Source: an uncultured Pseudomonadota bacterium (GTDB lineage: Bacteria > Oederibacteriota > Muellerivitia > Muellerivitales > Muellerivitaceae). Taken from it: DNA of 64,000 bases. Under the pieces are notes generated by a model that had not been told where the DNA came from, did no database searches, and worked only from the letters and a program-made list of their open reading frames with translations. The first letter of the stretch is position 1. Each line of letters opens with the position of its first letter. The position numbers and the translations under genes were made by a program. Of the stretch, positions 39,861-50,157 are shown in pieces. Where the stretch lies: contig CAWIIP010000004.1 in the NCBI GenBank assembly GCA_963836235.1, positions 416,001 through 480,000 of the forward strand, given 5' to 3'.

Positions 39861-41189
39861 ATGGTTAATGGCCGTTCAACCCCCCTAACAGAAAAAATTA
39901 AATCTGAACGTTTTCGCCGTCTTTCAAAAGAGGGTTTCTGGATTGTTTTAGGTCAAGCCATGGCCGCTGTCGGTTCGTTAGTAGGCGTGCGGATACTGAC
40001 GGGATTTCTGAATCCCGCGGCGTATGGCCAACTTGCTCTGGGGATGACTATAGCCACACTTATTAGTCAAACAATTCTCGGACCCTTGGCAAATGGTGTA
40101 ACACGGTTCTATGCACCTGCGGTGGAAAGGGGAGATCTCGGCGGTTATTTAAAAGCGGCTCGACGGCTTTTGATTTGGGCTATAGGTGTCATCATTTTCA
40201 TAATTCCGTTTGCAATCGTAGGACTGTTGTTAGCGGGTCAGGCCAAATGGATTAATATTGTAATCGGTGCATTCTTCTTCTCTGTTTTGAGTGGGTCGAA
40301 TTCAATCTTTACTGGTATTCAGAATGCGGCTCGCCAACGATCTATTGTAGCCTTTCATCAGGGTTTGCAACCTTGGATGCAATATCTGGTTGCGGCTGGC
40401 TTGTTAGTTTGGTTAGGTTCCACTAGCACCATCGCAATGATTGGCTATGCCCTAGCCATTCTTCTTATGAATGGCTCTCAATATTTATTCTTTCGCAAGG
40501 TTATCTCTTCTCGTGTAATTGGGGAAATTAAAGAAAAAGAATGGCACGAAAAAATTTTAAATTATTCCTGGCCATTTGCGACCTGGGGTGTTTTTACCTG
40601 GGCCCAACTTGCTTCTGACCGTTGGGCCTTGGGATGGTTTTCAACGATGCAAGAGTTGGGTTTGTACGCAGTTCTTTATCAGATGGGATACTATCCGATC
40701 TCTATGGCCACTGGGATGGCCGTTCAACTCTTGGCACCTATTTATTACCAGCGGGCGGGGGATGCTAGCGACAGCCGACGCAATGCCAACGTGAGTAGTT
40801 TTAGTTGGCGTCTAACAGTATTGTTCCTGGGAGTAACTAGCATAGCTTTCTTGGCAGCGCTTTTATTTCATGAACAGATATATGAAGTTTTTGTAGCCAA
40901 GCAGTTTAGAACCGTATCGTTTTTATTGCCGTGGATGATGTTAGCAAGTGGAGTATTCGCCGCAGGACAAACTATTGCTCTTAATTTAATGAGCCAAATG
41001 AAAACGCATAAAATGATGGTCTCAAAAATCACTACGTCACTTTTGGGTGTTGCGTTCAACGTCGCAGGTGCTTACAGGTATGGTATTAAGGGTGTCGTTT
41101 TTGCAAATATATTATTTTCCTTAGTTTATTTTCTTTGGATGGTTGTTCTGTCTAAGAAAGACCATTTAAATATTGGGCGAGAAAAATAA
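39861..41189 (+). CDS. wzx: Oligosaccharide flippase (Wzx family)
   Basis: About 12 TM, RILTGFLNPAAYG, SDRW...ELGLYA motif, located in a polysaccharide cluster. Confidence 0.85.
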   Translation: MVNGRSTPLTEKIKSERFRRLSKEGFWIVLGQAMAAVGSLVGVRILTGFLNPAAYGQLALGMTIATLISQTILGPLANGVTRFYAPAVERGDLGGYLKAARRLLIWAIGVIIFIIPFAIVGLLLAGQAKWINIVIGAFFFSVLSGSNSIFTGIQNAARQRSIVAFHQGLQPWMQYLVAAGLLVWLGSTSTIAMIGYALAILLMNGSQYLFFRKVISSRVIGEIKEKEWHEKILNYSWPFATWGVFTWAQLASDRWALGWFSTMQELGLYAVLYQMGYYPISMATGMAVQLLAPIYYQRAGDASDSRRNANVSSFSWRLTVLFLGVTSIAFLAALLFHEQIYEVFVAKQFRTVSFLLPWMMLASGVFAAGQTIALNLMSQMKTHKMMVSKITTSLLGVAFNVAGAYRYGIKGVVFANILFSLVYFLWMVVLSKKDHLNIGREK

Positions 41190-41203
41190 AAAAGGTGTAA
41201 ACA

Positions 41204-41983
41204 ATGAAACGAATCTTAAAAAAAATCTATTGGGTTCTCAGTGCACAATTTGGAATTGATCCGAGGAAAATGTTCAGTTTTCTGAGAGGCATTCCAAGGT
41301 ATATGTTTGATTTGTTCCGTTTTAACGCCAAATATAATGGAAGACTTGATTTAGTTCCTTGCCTTAATGATTGGTACGAAGAAGGAGGAACTACAAAGGA
41401 CGAATATTTCTTGCAAGATTTGTTGATTGCCAAAAAAATATTTGAGTCTAAACCGAAAAAACATGTTGATGTTGGTTCTCGGGTGGACGGCTTTGTTGCC
41501 CATGTCGCCAGTTTTCGGGATATTGAGGTTTTTGACGTTAGGCCAGTTACAACGCAGATACCAGGTATAACATTTAAACAAGCCGATCTTATGAAGCCGA
41601 TAGAAGGGCTTGTTGGTTATTGTGACTCACTTTCCTGCCTACATGCGTTGGAACACTTTGGATTAGGGCGCTATGGTGATCCAATTGATCCTAAAGGGTA
41701 TGAATGCGGATTTGCTAATATGGCAAATTTATTGAGGAAAGGTGGCGTCTTCTACCTATCCGTTCCTATCGGCATTGGCCGAGTCGAATTCAACGCAAAT
41801 CGTGTTTTGGATCCTAGGGAAGTTATCAATTTAGCCATAAAAAATAACCTTCGCTTATCAGGTTTTACGGTAATAAGGCAAGGAGGCAAGGTGGAATTGT
41901 TTGATCTTGAAGATTTACAACTCGATCTTCTTGCAGGCAAAAACTATGCCCTAGGAATTTTTACTTTTGAAAGAATTTCGTAG
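41204..41983 (+). CDS. DUF268-domain protein (SAM-methyltransferase-like fold)
   Basis: YFLQDL, HVDVGSRVDGFVAHVAS, DSLSCLHALEHFGLGRYGDPIDP. Confidence 0.82.
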   Translation: MKRILKKIYWVLSAQFGIDPRKMFSFLRGIPRYMFDLFRFNAKYNGRLDLVPCLNDWYEEGGTTKDEYFLQDLLIAKKIFESKPKKHVDVGSRVDGFVAHVASFRDIEVFDVRPVTTQIPGITFKQADLMKPIEGLVGYCDSLSCLHALEHFGLGRYGDPIDPKGYECGFANMANLLRKGGVFYLSVPIGIGRVEFNANRVLDPREVINLAIKNNLRLSGFTVIRQGGKVELFDLEDLQLDLLAGKNYALGIFTFERIS

Positions 41984-42004
41984 TTCAAAAAGGTTATGCA
42001 ATAA

Positions 42005-42712
42005 ATGTTTTACAGAAATATTAATGAAGAAAACCGTCAAATATGGCTGAAGAAAACTCTTTCATTGATTCCCCAAGGTTCCCGCATTCTTGATGCCGGG
42101 GCTGGAGAATTACGTAATAAATCTTTATGTAACCATCTTACTTATATTTCCCAAGATTTTTGCCAATATGACGGAAGCGGCGACGGTAAAGGGTTGCAAA
42201 CAACCAATTGGGACACTAGCCGGATCGATTTAGTTTGTGACATCACTGCTATTCCGGAAACAGACGGTTCTTTTGATTTCATCCTTTGTAGTGAAGTTCT
42301 AGAACACGTTCCCGAACCAACAAAGGCACTGGCCGAATTTGCACGATTATTAAAACCTGGAGGGAAATTAATTTTAACTGCGCCTTTTTCCTCACTGGTG
42401 CATTTTGCTCCTTACCACTATTGCACCGGGTTCAGCCGGTACTGGTATGAATATCACCTTACCAAGTATTGTTTCAGGATAGAGGAGATGACTTCTAATG
42501 GGGATTGGTTTTCCTATTGCCATCAGGAATTGATGCGTTTGGGTAATATGGCGCGACAATATGGTGATTGGAGTTGGCCGATGGCCTATCTGCTTGAAAT
42601 TATTGGTGCTTTATATTTTAAAATTCGGAACAGGTCTATAAAAGCTGATGACCTGGCATGTTTTGGATGGCAGTGCGTGGCTGTGAAAAATCTGATAGAG
42701 CCTAAAGCATAA
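42005..42712 (+). CDS. Class I SAM-dependent methyltransferase
   Basis: ILDAGAGE, SFDFILCSEVLEHVPEP, RLLKPGGKLILTAPF. Confidence 0.9.
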   Translation: MFYRNINEENRQIWLKKTLSLIPQGSRILDAGAGELRNKSLCNHLTYISQDFCQYDGSGDGKGLQTTNWDTSRIDLVCDITAIPETDGSFDFILCSEVLEHVPEPTKALAEFARLLKPGGKLILTAPFSSLVHFAPYHYCTGFSRYWYEYHLTKYCFRIEEMTSNGDWFSYCHQELMRLGNMARQYGDWSWPMAYLLEIIGALYFKIRNRSIKADDLACFGWQCVAVKNLIEPKA

Positions 42713-42730
42713 GGGAAAATTCGGAGAAAA

Positions 42731-43627
42731 ATGATAACAGTTAAACTTATGGGTGGACTTGGGAATCAAATGTTCCAATATGCCTTAGCAAAAAACATAG
42801 CCATTAGAAACAAAACTAATTTAGTGTTCGATCTAACATTTTTAAATCTTAGACAGGCAAAGGCCAATTATGTGTATAGGAATTATGACCTCGATGTTTT
42901 TAACATAGAGGAAAATTCAACTTTTTTATCAAGAAACCCAAAGGTTTTTCAAAATTCGACCTATTTATTTCAGACTTTAATCAATAAGTTAAACAAAAAA
43001 ATAAATAAAAAAAATTTCATAGAGGAACTAAAGCCGTATGAATATGACTTCGAGGTTCTGAATTCCCCGAATGGGAGCTACCTAGTCGGATATTGGCAAA
43101 ATGAAAAATATTTTTACGATATAAAAGAAATTATTAAAGATGAATTCTCGTCCTTTCGATATCCGCTATCGGAAAAAGCCGAGGAACTGTCTCGGGTAAT
43201 TAACGGGGAAAATTCCATATGTTTAAATTTTAGAAGGACCGACTATATAACAAGCCAGGAAGCTAAAAAATTTCATGGGAGTATTGAAAATGATTTTTAT
43301 GATTTGGCCTTGGAAATTATAAGGAAAAAAATCAATGATCCCCGTCTTTTTGTATTCTCCGATGATATAGATTGGTGCAAGAATAATTTCAAAAGTTCTT
43401 TGCCCACAACCTTTGTTGATGGGGTTTATGTTGGCAAAAAATACTCTGATTATTTTAGGCTCATGCGTGCCTGTAAACATTATGTGATTCCAAACAGTAC
43501 TTTCGCGTGGTGGGCAGCCTGGCTTAACTCGTCTAAAGATAAAATAGTAATTGCTCCCAAAAGATGGGTGGCAAGCGAAAAAATAAATTCTGATGATTTT
43601 GTTCCAAAGAACTGGATTAGGGTTTGA
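42731..43627 (+). CDS. Alpha-1,2-fucosyltransferase (GT11)
   Basis: GGLGNQMFQYA, YLVGYWQNEKYF, NFRRTDY (variant of HxRRxD), FSDDIDWC, NSTFAWWAAWL, APKRW. Confidence 0.92.
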   Translation: MITVKLMGGLGNQMFQYALAKNIAIRNKTNLVFDLTFLNLRQAKANYVYRNYDLDVFNIEENSTFLSRNPKVFQNSTYLFQTLINKLNKKINKKNFIEELKPYEYDFEVLNSPNGSYLVGYWQNEKYFYDIKEIIKDEFSSFRYPLSEKAEELSRVINGENSICLNFRRTDYITSQEAKKFHGSIENDFYDLALEIIRKKINDPRLFVFSDDIDWCKNNFKSSLPTTFVDGVYVGKKYSDYFRLMRACKHYVIPNSTFAWWAAWLNSSKDKIVIAPKRWVASEKINSDDFVPKNWIRV

Positions 43628-43671
43628 AAAAATGACGTCTTAAACCAAATGAATTAATGGGGATTTAAAAA

Positions 43672-45606
43672 ATGAGCCAGCCTCGAGTTACTGTCCTTAT
43701 GTCCTGCTATAACGCGGAGAAATGGTTGCGGGATGCAATTGAAAGTGTATTATTCCAAACCTTTACTGATTTCGAGTTTGTTATAGTAAATGACGGGTCA
43801 CGGGATAGCACACTAAAAATCATTCGGTCTTATGCCTCTAAGGATTCTCGAATTGTTGTGGTGAACAAAAAAAATACCGGTTTAGCGGACTCACTCAACC
43901 GTGGGATTCACATTGCGAGAGGTCAATGGATTGCTAGGCTTGACGCAGATGACTTGTGTGAACCGGGACGTTTAGAAAAGCAATTTAATTATGTTTTAGA
44001 GAATCCTGCCATAAATTTGTTGGGCACTGGTTCTCGGGAAATCGATGCCGCTGGCCTACCCATCAAAATTCATCATTATCCAAAGACACATGAAAGACTT
44101 GTAAAGCGATTAGAAAGGCACGGCGCGTTTTTTCCGCATTCATCCGCCTTTTATTCAGCGAAACTTGCCCGAAGTATTGGTGGTTATCGTAGTTGCATCA
44201 CGCGAGCTGAAGATAAAGACTTTTTTTTGCGCCTTTCGGAGCGCGGGGAACTGACTTGCCTTCCAGATCAATTAGTCCGAATTCGAAAACACCAGTCGCA
44301 AATTTCCAATGATGATGGGGGACGGCGACAATTAATTGATTCGTGGGCTGCGTCTATAAGCTACTTTCTTCGACGTTATGGTGTCACGGATCCCACAAGT
44401 GTTGGTGAAAAAAATAACCTTGATCAATATTTCAATTGGATAGAAAAGCGATTAAATATGATAGGAGCTTTCGAACGCCGAAAATTTTGGAAAGATGCCC
44501 GAACTGCTTACCTGGCGCAACCAAATTTGCTTTTGGGTATATTACAATTTGGAGCCCGGGTATCTCGATCCGGGTTTATTTATCAACTTTTAGCCGAAAG
44601 GTTGACTGGTTCCAGTTTGCCTAGGAAATTAGCCGTAGAATGGGCTAAAAGGTCGAATCCTTATTTCTTGCCGCCGAAAAATGGAACACACAAGATTACG
44701 ATAAAACCGAACTTTTTCATTGTCGGCGCACCAAAATCCGGTACGACTTCATTGAGTGAATATTTAAAGGAAAATTCCCATATTTACTTCAGCCCCGTAA
44801 AAGAGCCACATTATTTTGATTTTGACGCTTCTGTTAAAATCAGAACCAATTTCGAAACCTATTTATCTCTGTTTTATAAAGCCGACCCGAAAATACACAA
44901 AGCCATCGGCGAAGGTTCGACTGGTTATTTATTTTCGAAATGCGCCATTCCTGAAATCCTAAAATTTAATCCGGATGCCAAATTCATTGTTATGTTGCGA
45001 AATCCGGTTGATTTAGTCCAAGCCTGGCACGGTGAGATGTTTTATGAGGGATTAGAGAACATTTCAGACTTTGAAAAAGCTTGGTTGGCTCAAGAACAAA
45101 GAAAAAAAGGAGAAAATATCCCCGCTTCTTGCTGGGATGTGAGCAAACTGATGTATTCCGAATGGGGAATGTTAGGGGATCAGGTTGAAAAATTATTTTC
45201 GTTTGTTAAAAAAAATAAAATAAAAATTATTATTTTTGATGACTTTGTTTCGGACACGAAAAAGGTTTATGAAGAAGTTTTGAAGTTCCTCGAGGTTCCC
45301 ACTGATAACCGAAAAGACTTTCCGATTATTAATGAAAGAAAAAAGCTTATATTGCCTTGGTTACAGCCGGAATTAGCTTTTTTGGCAAATGTCGTCAGAG
45401 GTGTTCGGGCGAAGCTTGGCATTAAAATTGGGTACGGTTGGGGATTTTTACCCAAAATATTTTCACTCAATACCGAACCAGGGATTCGAAGAATCGTTGG
45501 CGAGGATTTTAAATCTGAATTGAACTCTTTTTATCTTAAAAATGTTGTGAAACTATCAAAACTGTTAAAGCGTGATCTTACTTATTGGGTTGCAACCCGC
45601 CGGTAA
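43672..45606 (+). CDS. GT2 glycosyltransferase fused to a PAPS-dependent sulfotransferase
   Basis: N-half VTVLMSCYN...NDGSRD...ARLDADD. C-half KPNFFIVGAPKSGTTSL (5'-PSB), KEPHYF, GEGSTGY, LRNPVD (3'-PB). Confidence 0.88.
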   Translation: MSQPRVTVLMSCYNAEKWLRDAIESVLFQTFTDFEFVIVNDGSRDSTLKIIRSYASKDSRIVVVNKKNTGLADSLNRGIHIARGQWIARLDADDLCEPGRLEKQFNYVLENPAINLLGTGSREIDAAGLPIKIHHYPKTHERLVKRLERHGAFFPHSSAFYSAKLARSIGGYRSCITRAEDKDFFLRLSERGELTCLPDQLVRIRKHQSQISNDDGGRRQLIDSWAASISYFLRRYGVTDPTSVGEKNNLDQYFNWIEKRLNMIGAFERRKFWKDARTAYLAQPNLLLGILQFGARVSRSGFIYQLLAERLTGSSLPRKLAVEWAKRSNPYFLPPKNGTHKITIKPNFFIVGAPKSGTTSLSEYLKENSHIYFSPVKEPHYFDFDASVKIRTNFETYLSLFYKADPKIHKAIGEGSTGYLFSKCAIPEILKFNPDAKFIVMLRNPVDLVQAWHGEMFYEGLENISDFEKAWLAQEQRKKGENIPASCWDVSKLMYSEWGMLGDQVEKLFSFVKKNKIKIIIFDDFVSDTKKVYEEVLKFLEVPTDNRKDFPIINERKKLILPWLQPELAFLANVVRGVRAKLGIKIGYGWGFLPKIFSLNTEPGIRRIVGEDFKSELNSFYLKNVVKLSKLLKRDLTYWVATRR

Positions 45607-45695
45607 TCTAATCAAACCGAAAATTAATGTTGTTGAAGCTCCAAATATGGGAGAATCGGACTTGGGGAATATTCAAAAGCTTTGAACGGTGTGAC

Positions 45696-46829
45696 ATGTT
45701 CGCTCATTTAATATCCAGTCTTTCTCGTATCGCCGGTGGCCTTTTTTATTCCGTTTCCGGTTTCGTAAAAAGCCAAAGAATTCTTGGGGCCGATGCCCAA
45801 GTTTGGGGGCTGGAAGATAAATACCTGAATCAGGATAGGCATCAATGGGGTGCAATCCCTTTGAACAACTTTCGAATTTTCGGGCCAAAGGCTATTGGTT
45901 ATGCCCCTGGTTTTTTTTCTTCGTTGGATAATGCCGAACCCAAATTGACCCATTTGCACGGTATTTGGATGTATCCCTCAAGGGTTACTGAACTCTGGCA
46001 GCGAAAAACAGGGCGGCCGACAATTATTTCTCCCCATGGGATGCTTAATCCAATTTCCCTTCATTCTTCTGCTTGGAAAAAATGGCTGGCTTTGCGTTTT
46101 TATGAAAAACACAACTTGGAAAGATGCGCCTGTTTCCATGCTTTATCACATTTCGAAGCGGAATCTATTAAAGCTTTCAACTTGAAGCAGCCCATCGCCG
46201 TAATACCTAATGGCGTTGACCTTCCGGATATTTCCGCGAACGAAAAGGTAATTCGTGACTCCCGGCCTCGAACTTTACTTTTCTTGGGTCGTTTTCATTC
46301 CATCAAAAACCTTGATTCACTTATTCAAGCTTGGAAATCTTTGCCAGTGAGCCGTACTTCCGAGTGGCGCTTAATCATGGCAGGTTGGGGTGACGCAACT
46401 TATCAAAAAAGATTAAATGACCTTGCCGGCAAATCCGTGACTTTTATCGGGTCCCTTTATGGAGATGAAAAAATTAAAGCTTTCCAAGAGGCCTCTGCTT
46501 TCGTACTTCCGTCATTCAGTGAGGCTTCACCCATGGCTGTCTTAGAGGCTTGGTCTTATGGCCTTCCAGTACTCATGAGCAGGGAATGCAGATTATCAGA
46601 GGGTTTTTCAAAGGGTGCGGCCATTGAGACGGGATTAACTCCTAGTGAAATCTCAACCGCTCTTGAATGTTTCTTTCACATGGATGATTTGGAACGAGAA
46701 AAAATGGGGCTAAACGGAAGAGAATTGGTTAAAGAAAGATTTGCATGGCCGATTGTGGCTTCGAAAATGCTTAAAATTTACGACTGGATTTTGGGAAAAG
46801 GCCAAAAACCGGAATTCGTCATTGATTAG
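45696..46829 (+). CDS. Glycosyltransferase family 4
   Basis: HLHGIW, ISPHGML, VIPNGVD, FLGRFHSIKN, FVLPSFSE...LEAWSYGLPV. Confidence 0.9.
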   Translation: MFAHLISSLSRIAGGLFYSVSGFVKSQRILGADAQVWGLEDKYLNQDRHQWGAIPLNNFRIFGPKAIGYAPGFFSSLDNAEPKLTHLHGIWMYPSRVTELWQRKTGRPTIISPHGMLNPISLHSSAWKKWLALRFYEKHNLERCACFHALSHFEAESIKAFNLKQPIAVIPNGVDLPDISANEKVIRDSRPRTLLFLGRFHSIKNLDSLIQAWKSLPVSRTSEWRLIMAGWGDATYQKRLNDLAGKSVTFIGSLYGDEKIKAFQEASAFVLPSFSEASPMAVLEAWSYGLPVLMSRECRLSEGFSKGAAIETGLTPSEISTALECFFHMDDLEREKMGLNGRELVKERFAWPIVASKMLKIYDWILGKGQKPEFVID

Positions 46830-46913
46830 TCGAATTATAATATTCGTGAACCGTTTAAGTAACTTTAATATTAAGTATTACTATCCGTATTGTTTTGATT
46901 GGAAGAGGCTTGG

Positions 46914-47474
46914 ATGAAACGGGAAATTTCTGAAGTTTCGTATGTTGACAAGATGCCGTTGGTAAATCGGTTGTTTCGGTTGGTTTGGAACACCGTTTGG
47001 ATATTTTTATTTCGTCCCTCGCCCTCTTTTTTTTATTTTTGGCGGAATTTTCTTTTACGTCTTTTTGGCGCCCGAATTGGAAAAGGGGTTCATGTTTATC
47101 CTTCCGCAACAATTTGGGCGCCTTGGAATTTGGAAATGGCGGACGAAAGTTCCCTCGGCCCGCATGTAATTTGCTATTCCATGGATAAGATCACTATCGG
47201 ACATAATGTTACTGTCAGCCAATTTGCACACTTATGCACGGGTACCCACGACATTCGCCATCAGAGCTTTTTATTGCTTACTAAATCAATCAAAATCGGG
47301 GCAAATGCTTGGATAGCGACGGATGCCTTTGTGGGTCCGGGGATTGAAATTGGGGAAGGGGCAGTTGTGGGTGCCAGAGCGGTAGTCGTTAAGAATGTCA
47401 AACCTTGGATGATTGTCGGAGGGAATCCGGCGAAAATTATCGGAAAACGAAGTTTGGTAAAACAAAATGTCTGA
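46914..47474 (+). CDS. wcaF: WcaF-like hexapeptide-repeat acetyltransferase
   Basis: WRNFLLRLFGARIG...IWAPWNL, VSQFAHLCTGTHD, GGNPAKII. Confidence 0.85.
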   Translation: MKREISEVSYVDKMPLVNRLFRLVWNTVWIFLFRPSPSFFYFWRNFLLRLFGARIGKGVHVYPSATIWAPWNLEMADESSLGPHVICYSMDKITIGHNVTVSQFAHLCTGTHDIRHQSFLLLTKSIKIGANAWIATDAFVGPGIEIGEGAVVGARAVVVKNVKPWMIVGGNPAKIIGKRSLVKQNV

Positions 47475-48099
47475 CAGCGTAACAAACAGGTTTAAATGGG
47501 GAAATGCTTCTCTCACGTGCGCCCATTCCTATTTAATGCCGAAAGTTATTTCAATTCTTCAATCGTTTCCCGATGAAATGGAAAAAAAGATTTTTGATTT
47601 GGGATGTGGGAATGGGAGTGTGGATTTTGAGCTTGATCGCCTGGGTTGGAGAACGACAGGGATTGATTCAAGTGAAGAGGGGATTGAGAAATCCCGTAAA
47701 GCATATCCTCATCTCGATTTACACCTTGGGTCTGTTTATGACAGCTTGACTGAGCAATACGGCGAATATCCTGTTTGCTTAAGCTTGGAAGTGGTTGAAC
47801 ACCTCTTCGACCCTAAGTTGTTCGCGAAGAACTTATTTCGTCTTGTGCGACCGGGAGGTACCGCCATCCTTTCAACACCTTTTCACGGGTATTTCAAAAA
47901 CTTGGCCATTTCTATAACAGGGAAATGGGATAAGCATTTCACGGCTTTATGGGATGGGGGGCATATAAAATTTTGGTCACCAAGCACCTTGAAATTGCTG
48001 TTAAAAGAAGTCGGTTTTAAAGATTTTAAATTCTATTACGTGGGGCGCATACCCGTCTTGGCAAAATCAATGATTGTTGTTGCAAAGCGTCCGATGTGA
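47467..48099 (+). CDS. Class I SAM-dependent methyltransferase
   Basis: FDLGCGNG, SLEVVEHL, STPFHGY.KNLA, WDGGHIKFWS. Confidence 0.9.
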   Translation: MSDSVTNRFKWGNASLTCAHSYLMPKVISILQSFPDEMEKKIFDLGCGNGSVDFELDRLGWRTTGIDSSEEGIEKSRKAYPHLDLHLGSVYDSLTEQYGEYPVCLSLEVVEHLFDPKLFAKNLFRLVRPGGTAILSTPFHGYFKNLAISITGKWDKHFTALWDGGHIKFWSPSTLKLLLKEVGFKDFKFYYVGRIPVLAKSMIVVAKRPM

Positions 48100-48908
48100 T
48101 TTCTGTACTTATCATTACTTTTAATGAAGAAGTGAATATTAACGATTGTCTCGATTCGGTGGCTTGGTCCGACGATGTACTTGTTTTTGACTCCGGAAGC
48201 ACTGACAAAACCATTGAGTTTGCAAAGTCGAAGGGCGCCAGGGTTTTAACCCGTCCATTTGATAACTATGGCTCACAACGTCAGGCGGCTTTAGAACAGG
48301 GCGCTTTCAAGTACCCCTGGCTTTTGGTTTTGGACGCGGATGAGAGGGTGGATCAGGAGTTGGTCGGAGAGTTAAAAGCCATTTCAATGGATTCAAATTG
48401 TGGTTTCGAGGGATTCTTAATCCGCAGAAAAGATCATTTTCTGGGTCGCTGGATTCCCCGATCAACCCGTTATCCCACCTGGTATCTTCATTTTTTTAAA
48501 GTTGCTAAAACTCGCTATGAAGTTCGCTCCGTGCACGAGCACCCCGTTGTGAAAGGAAGTGTTGGTAAGTTAAATGGGCATTTGCTTCACTTTTCATTCA
48601 ATAAAGGCCTTCCGGAATGGCTAGAAAAGCACCGCCGGTATGCCAAGTTGGAGGCCAAAGAAGCGACCGCCATGCTGAAGAAACCCATTGATTGGAGTGG
48701 TTTACGGAGCAACGAACCAGGCAGGATTCAGAGAACTTTGAAAGCTTTATCTTATCGCTTTCCTTTTCGTGGCGTGGCCCGCTTTTTGTACTTGATGTTA
48801 TTCTATTTTGCATTTTTGGACGGAATACCAGGTATCCGTTATAGCATTATGATCAGCCGGTACGAGAACTGGGTGCAAAAAGAGATGAGAGCTCTTCAGG
48901 AAAAATGA
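48096..48908 (+). CDS. Glycosyltransferase family 2
   Basis: ISVLIITFNEE, DSGSTDKT, LDADE, VHE. Confidence 0.9.
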   Translation: MISVLIITFNEEVNINDCLDSVAWSDDVLVFDSGSTDKTIEFAKSKGARVLTRPFDNYGSQRQAALEQGAFKYPWLLVLDADERVDQELVGELKAISMDSNCGFEGFLIRRKDHFLGRWIPRSTRYPTWYLHFFKVAKTRYEVRSVHEHPVVKGSVGKLNGHLLHFSFNKGLPEWLEKHRRYAKLEAKEATAMLKKPIDWSGLRSNEPGRIQRTLKALSYRFPFRGVARFLYLMLFYFAFLDGIPGIRYSIMISRYENWVQKEMRALQEK

Positions 48909-48948
48909 TTGTGTAAGCATCATCCTTAACAGTTGACGAGGAAAACAT

Positions 48949-50112
48949 TTGAAAGAAACATCATTGCCTTTAACACAATGGACATTGCCCGGAACACTTA
49001 TCGTTTATGTTTTTTGTCGTTTTGAAAAGTCTTATTTTTTTTCTCACCAAATTTGGCAAGCGTTGTTCTACGGGGGGGTTTTATTTTCTTCGATGATTGT
49101 CTTTCAGTATTATTTTAAAAAGACAATCAGAATAAGAGAGGTAAACCTTAAGCCTCTCGGTTGGCTTTTTTATTTAATTTTTGTAAATATTGTTTGGCTT
49201 TTAAACGACGACAATATGGTTGGGTTTGCTGTTGGAAACATGCATTGTCTTTTATTGTTAATTACTTTGATTGGAACGTTTTCTTTTGGCAGTGATAATG
49301 GCATTTTAAATAAAAGACTTTATAAAATTACGCAAGTGGTGGTTTTGTTTCAGGTGTTTTTTCTTGTTACGAATGGATTATCTTTATCGAGTGGACTGCG
49401 TTTTTCCGGGGCGTTTTCTTCTTTGTGGGACGCTGTTAATCTAGAAATATTAAATGTTTTCTTGTTTTTTAATTCTGTTCGAGTTGGTATCCGTCCTAAA
49501 AAAATTGAAATAATAATATTAATTTGTTCCTTTTTTTTGATTTTCATCAGTGGGTCAAGGGCGGCTTTCGGAGTGGTCGTTTTATTGTCCTTGTTGAATT
49601 TGTATATTAAATTGAGTAGAAAAATAGGTTTAGTTTTAGCTTTCTTAACACTGGGAATCCTCGGCTTATTTATAGGATTTGAAAATCAATTTTCTTTGGC
49701 ATTGGGTAAATTTTTAAATCCCAGTGATGAAAGAAAGTTGAGCGAATCGAGAGACATTCCCTGGGCGATGGGGTGGGAGAAATTTAAAGAAAGTCCATGG
49801 ATTGGGCATGGTTTCTCATTTAAATATGGGGGTTATGGGTTAGAAGATAATCTTAAAATTGGCTACAGTTGGGAAAATGATCCACATAATTCTTATTTGG
49901 TAATGCTTGATGCAAGTGGAGCAATCGGTCTTTCATTATTTTGGTTATTAATGTTTACCATATGGAAATATCGTGGTGGTTGGAATGTAAATAAATCTGT
50001 CTTCGTTACCTGTCTTCTTTACGGATTATTTTGTAGTTACCTTGTATCGGCAGATATTTCGTTTTTTATCATGCTTAGTATGGTTTTTGTTCCTGGAAAA
50101 GTTCGCGGTTAG
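48949..50112 (+). CDS. Wzy polymerase / O-antigen ligase family membrane protein
   Basis: About 11 TM, SGSRAA, R...W...F..SPWIGHG, DPHNSYL. Very AT-rich. Confidence 0.8.
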   Translation: MKETSLPLTQWTLPGTLIVYVFCRFEKSYFFSHQIWQALFYGGVLFSSMIVFQYYFKKTIRIREVNLKPLGWLFYLIFVNIVWLLNDDNMVGFAVGNMHCLLLLITLIGTFSFGSDNGILNKRLYKITQVVVLFQVFFLVTNGLSLSSGLRFSGAFSSLWDAVNLEILNVFLFFNSVRVGIRPKKIEIIILICSFFLIFISGSRAAFGVVVLLSLLNLYIKLSRKIGLVLAFLTLGILGLFIGFENQFSLALGKFLNPSDERKLSESRDIPWAMGWEKFKESPWIGHGFSFKYGGYGLEDNLKIGYSWENDPHNSYLVMLDASGAIGLSLFWLLMFTIWKYRGGWNVNKSVFVTCLLYGLFCSYLVSADISFFIMLSMVFVPGKVRG

Positions 50113-50157
50113 TTATCTGTTTTATGATTTATTATTTGCCCTTGAGTAATTAGAACC

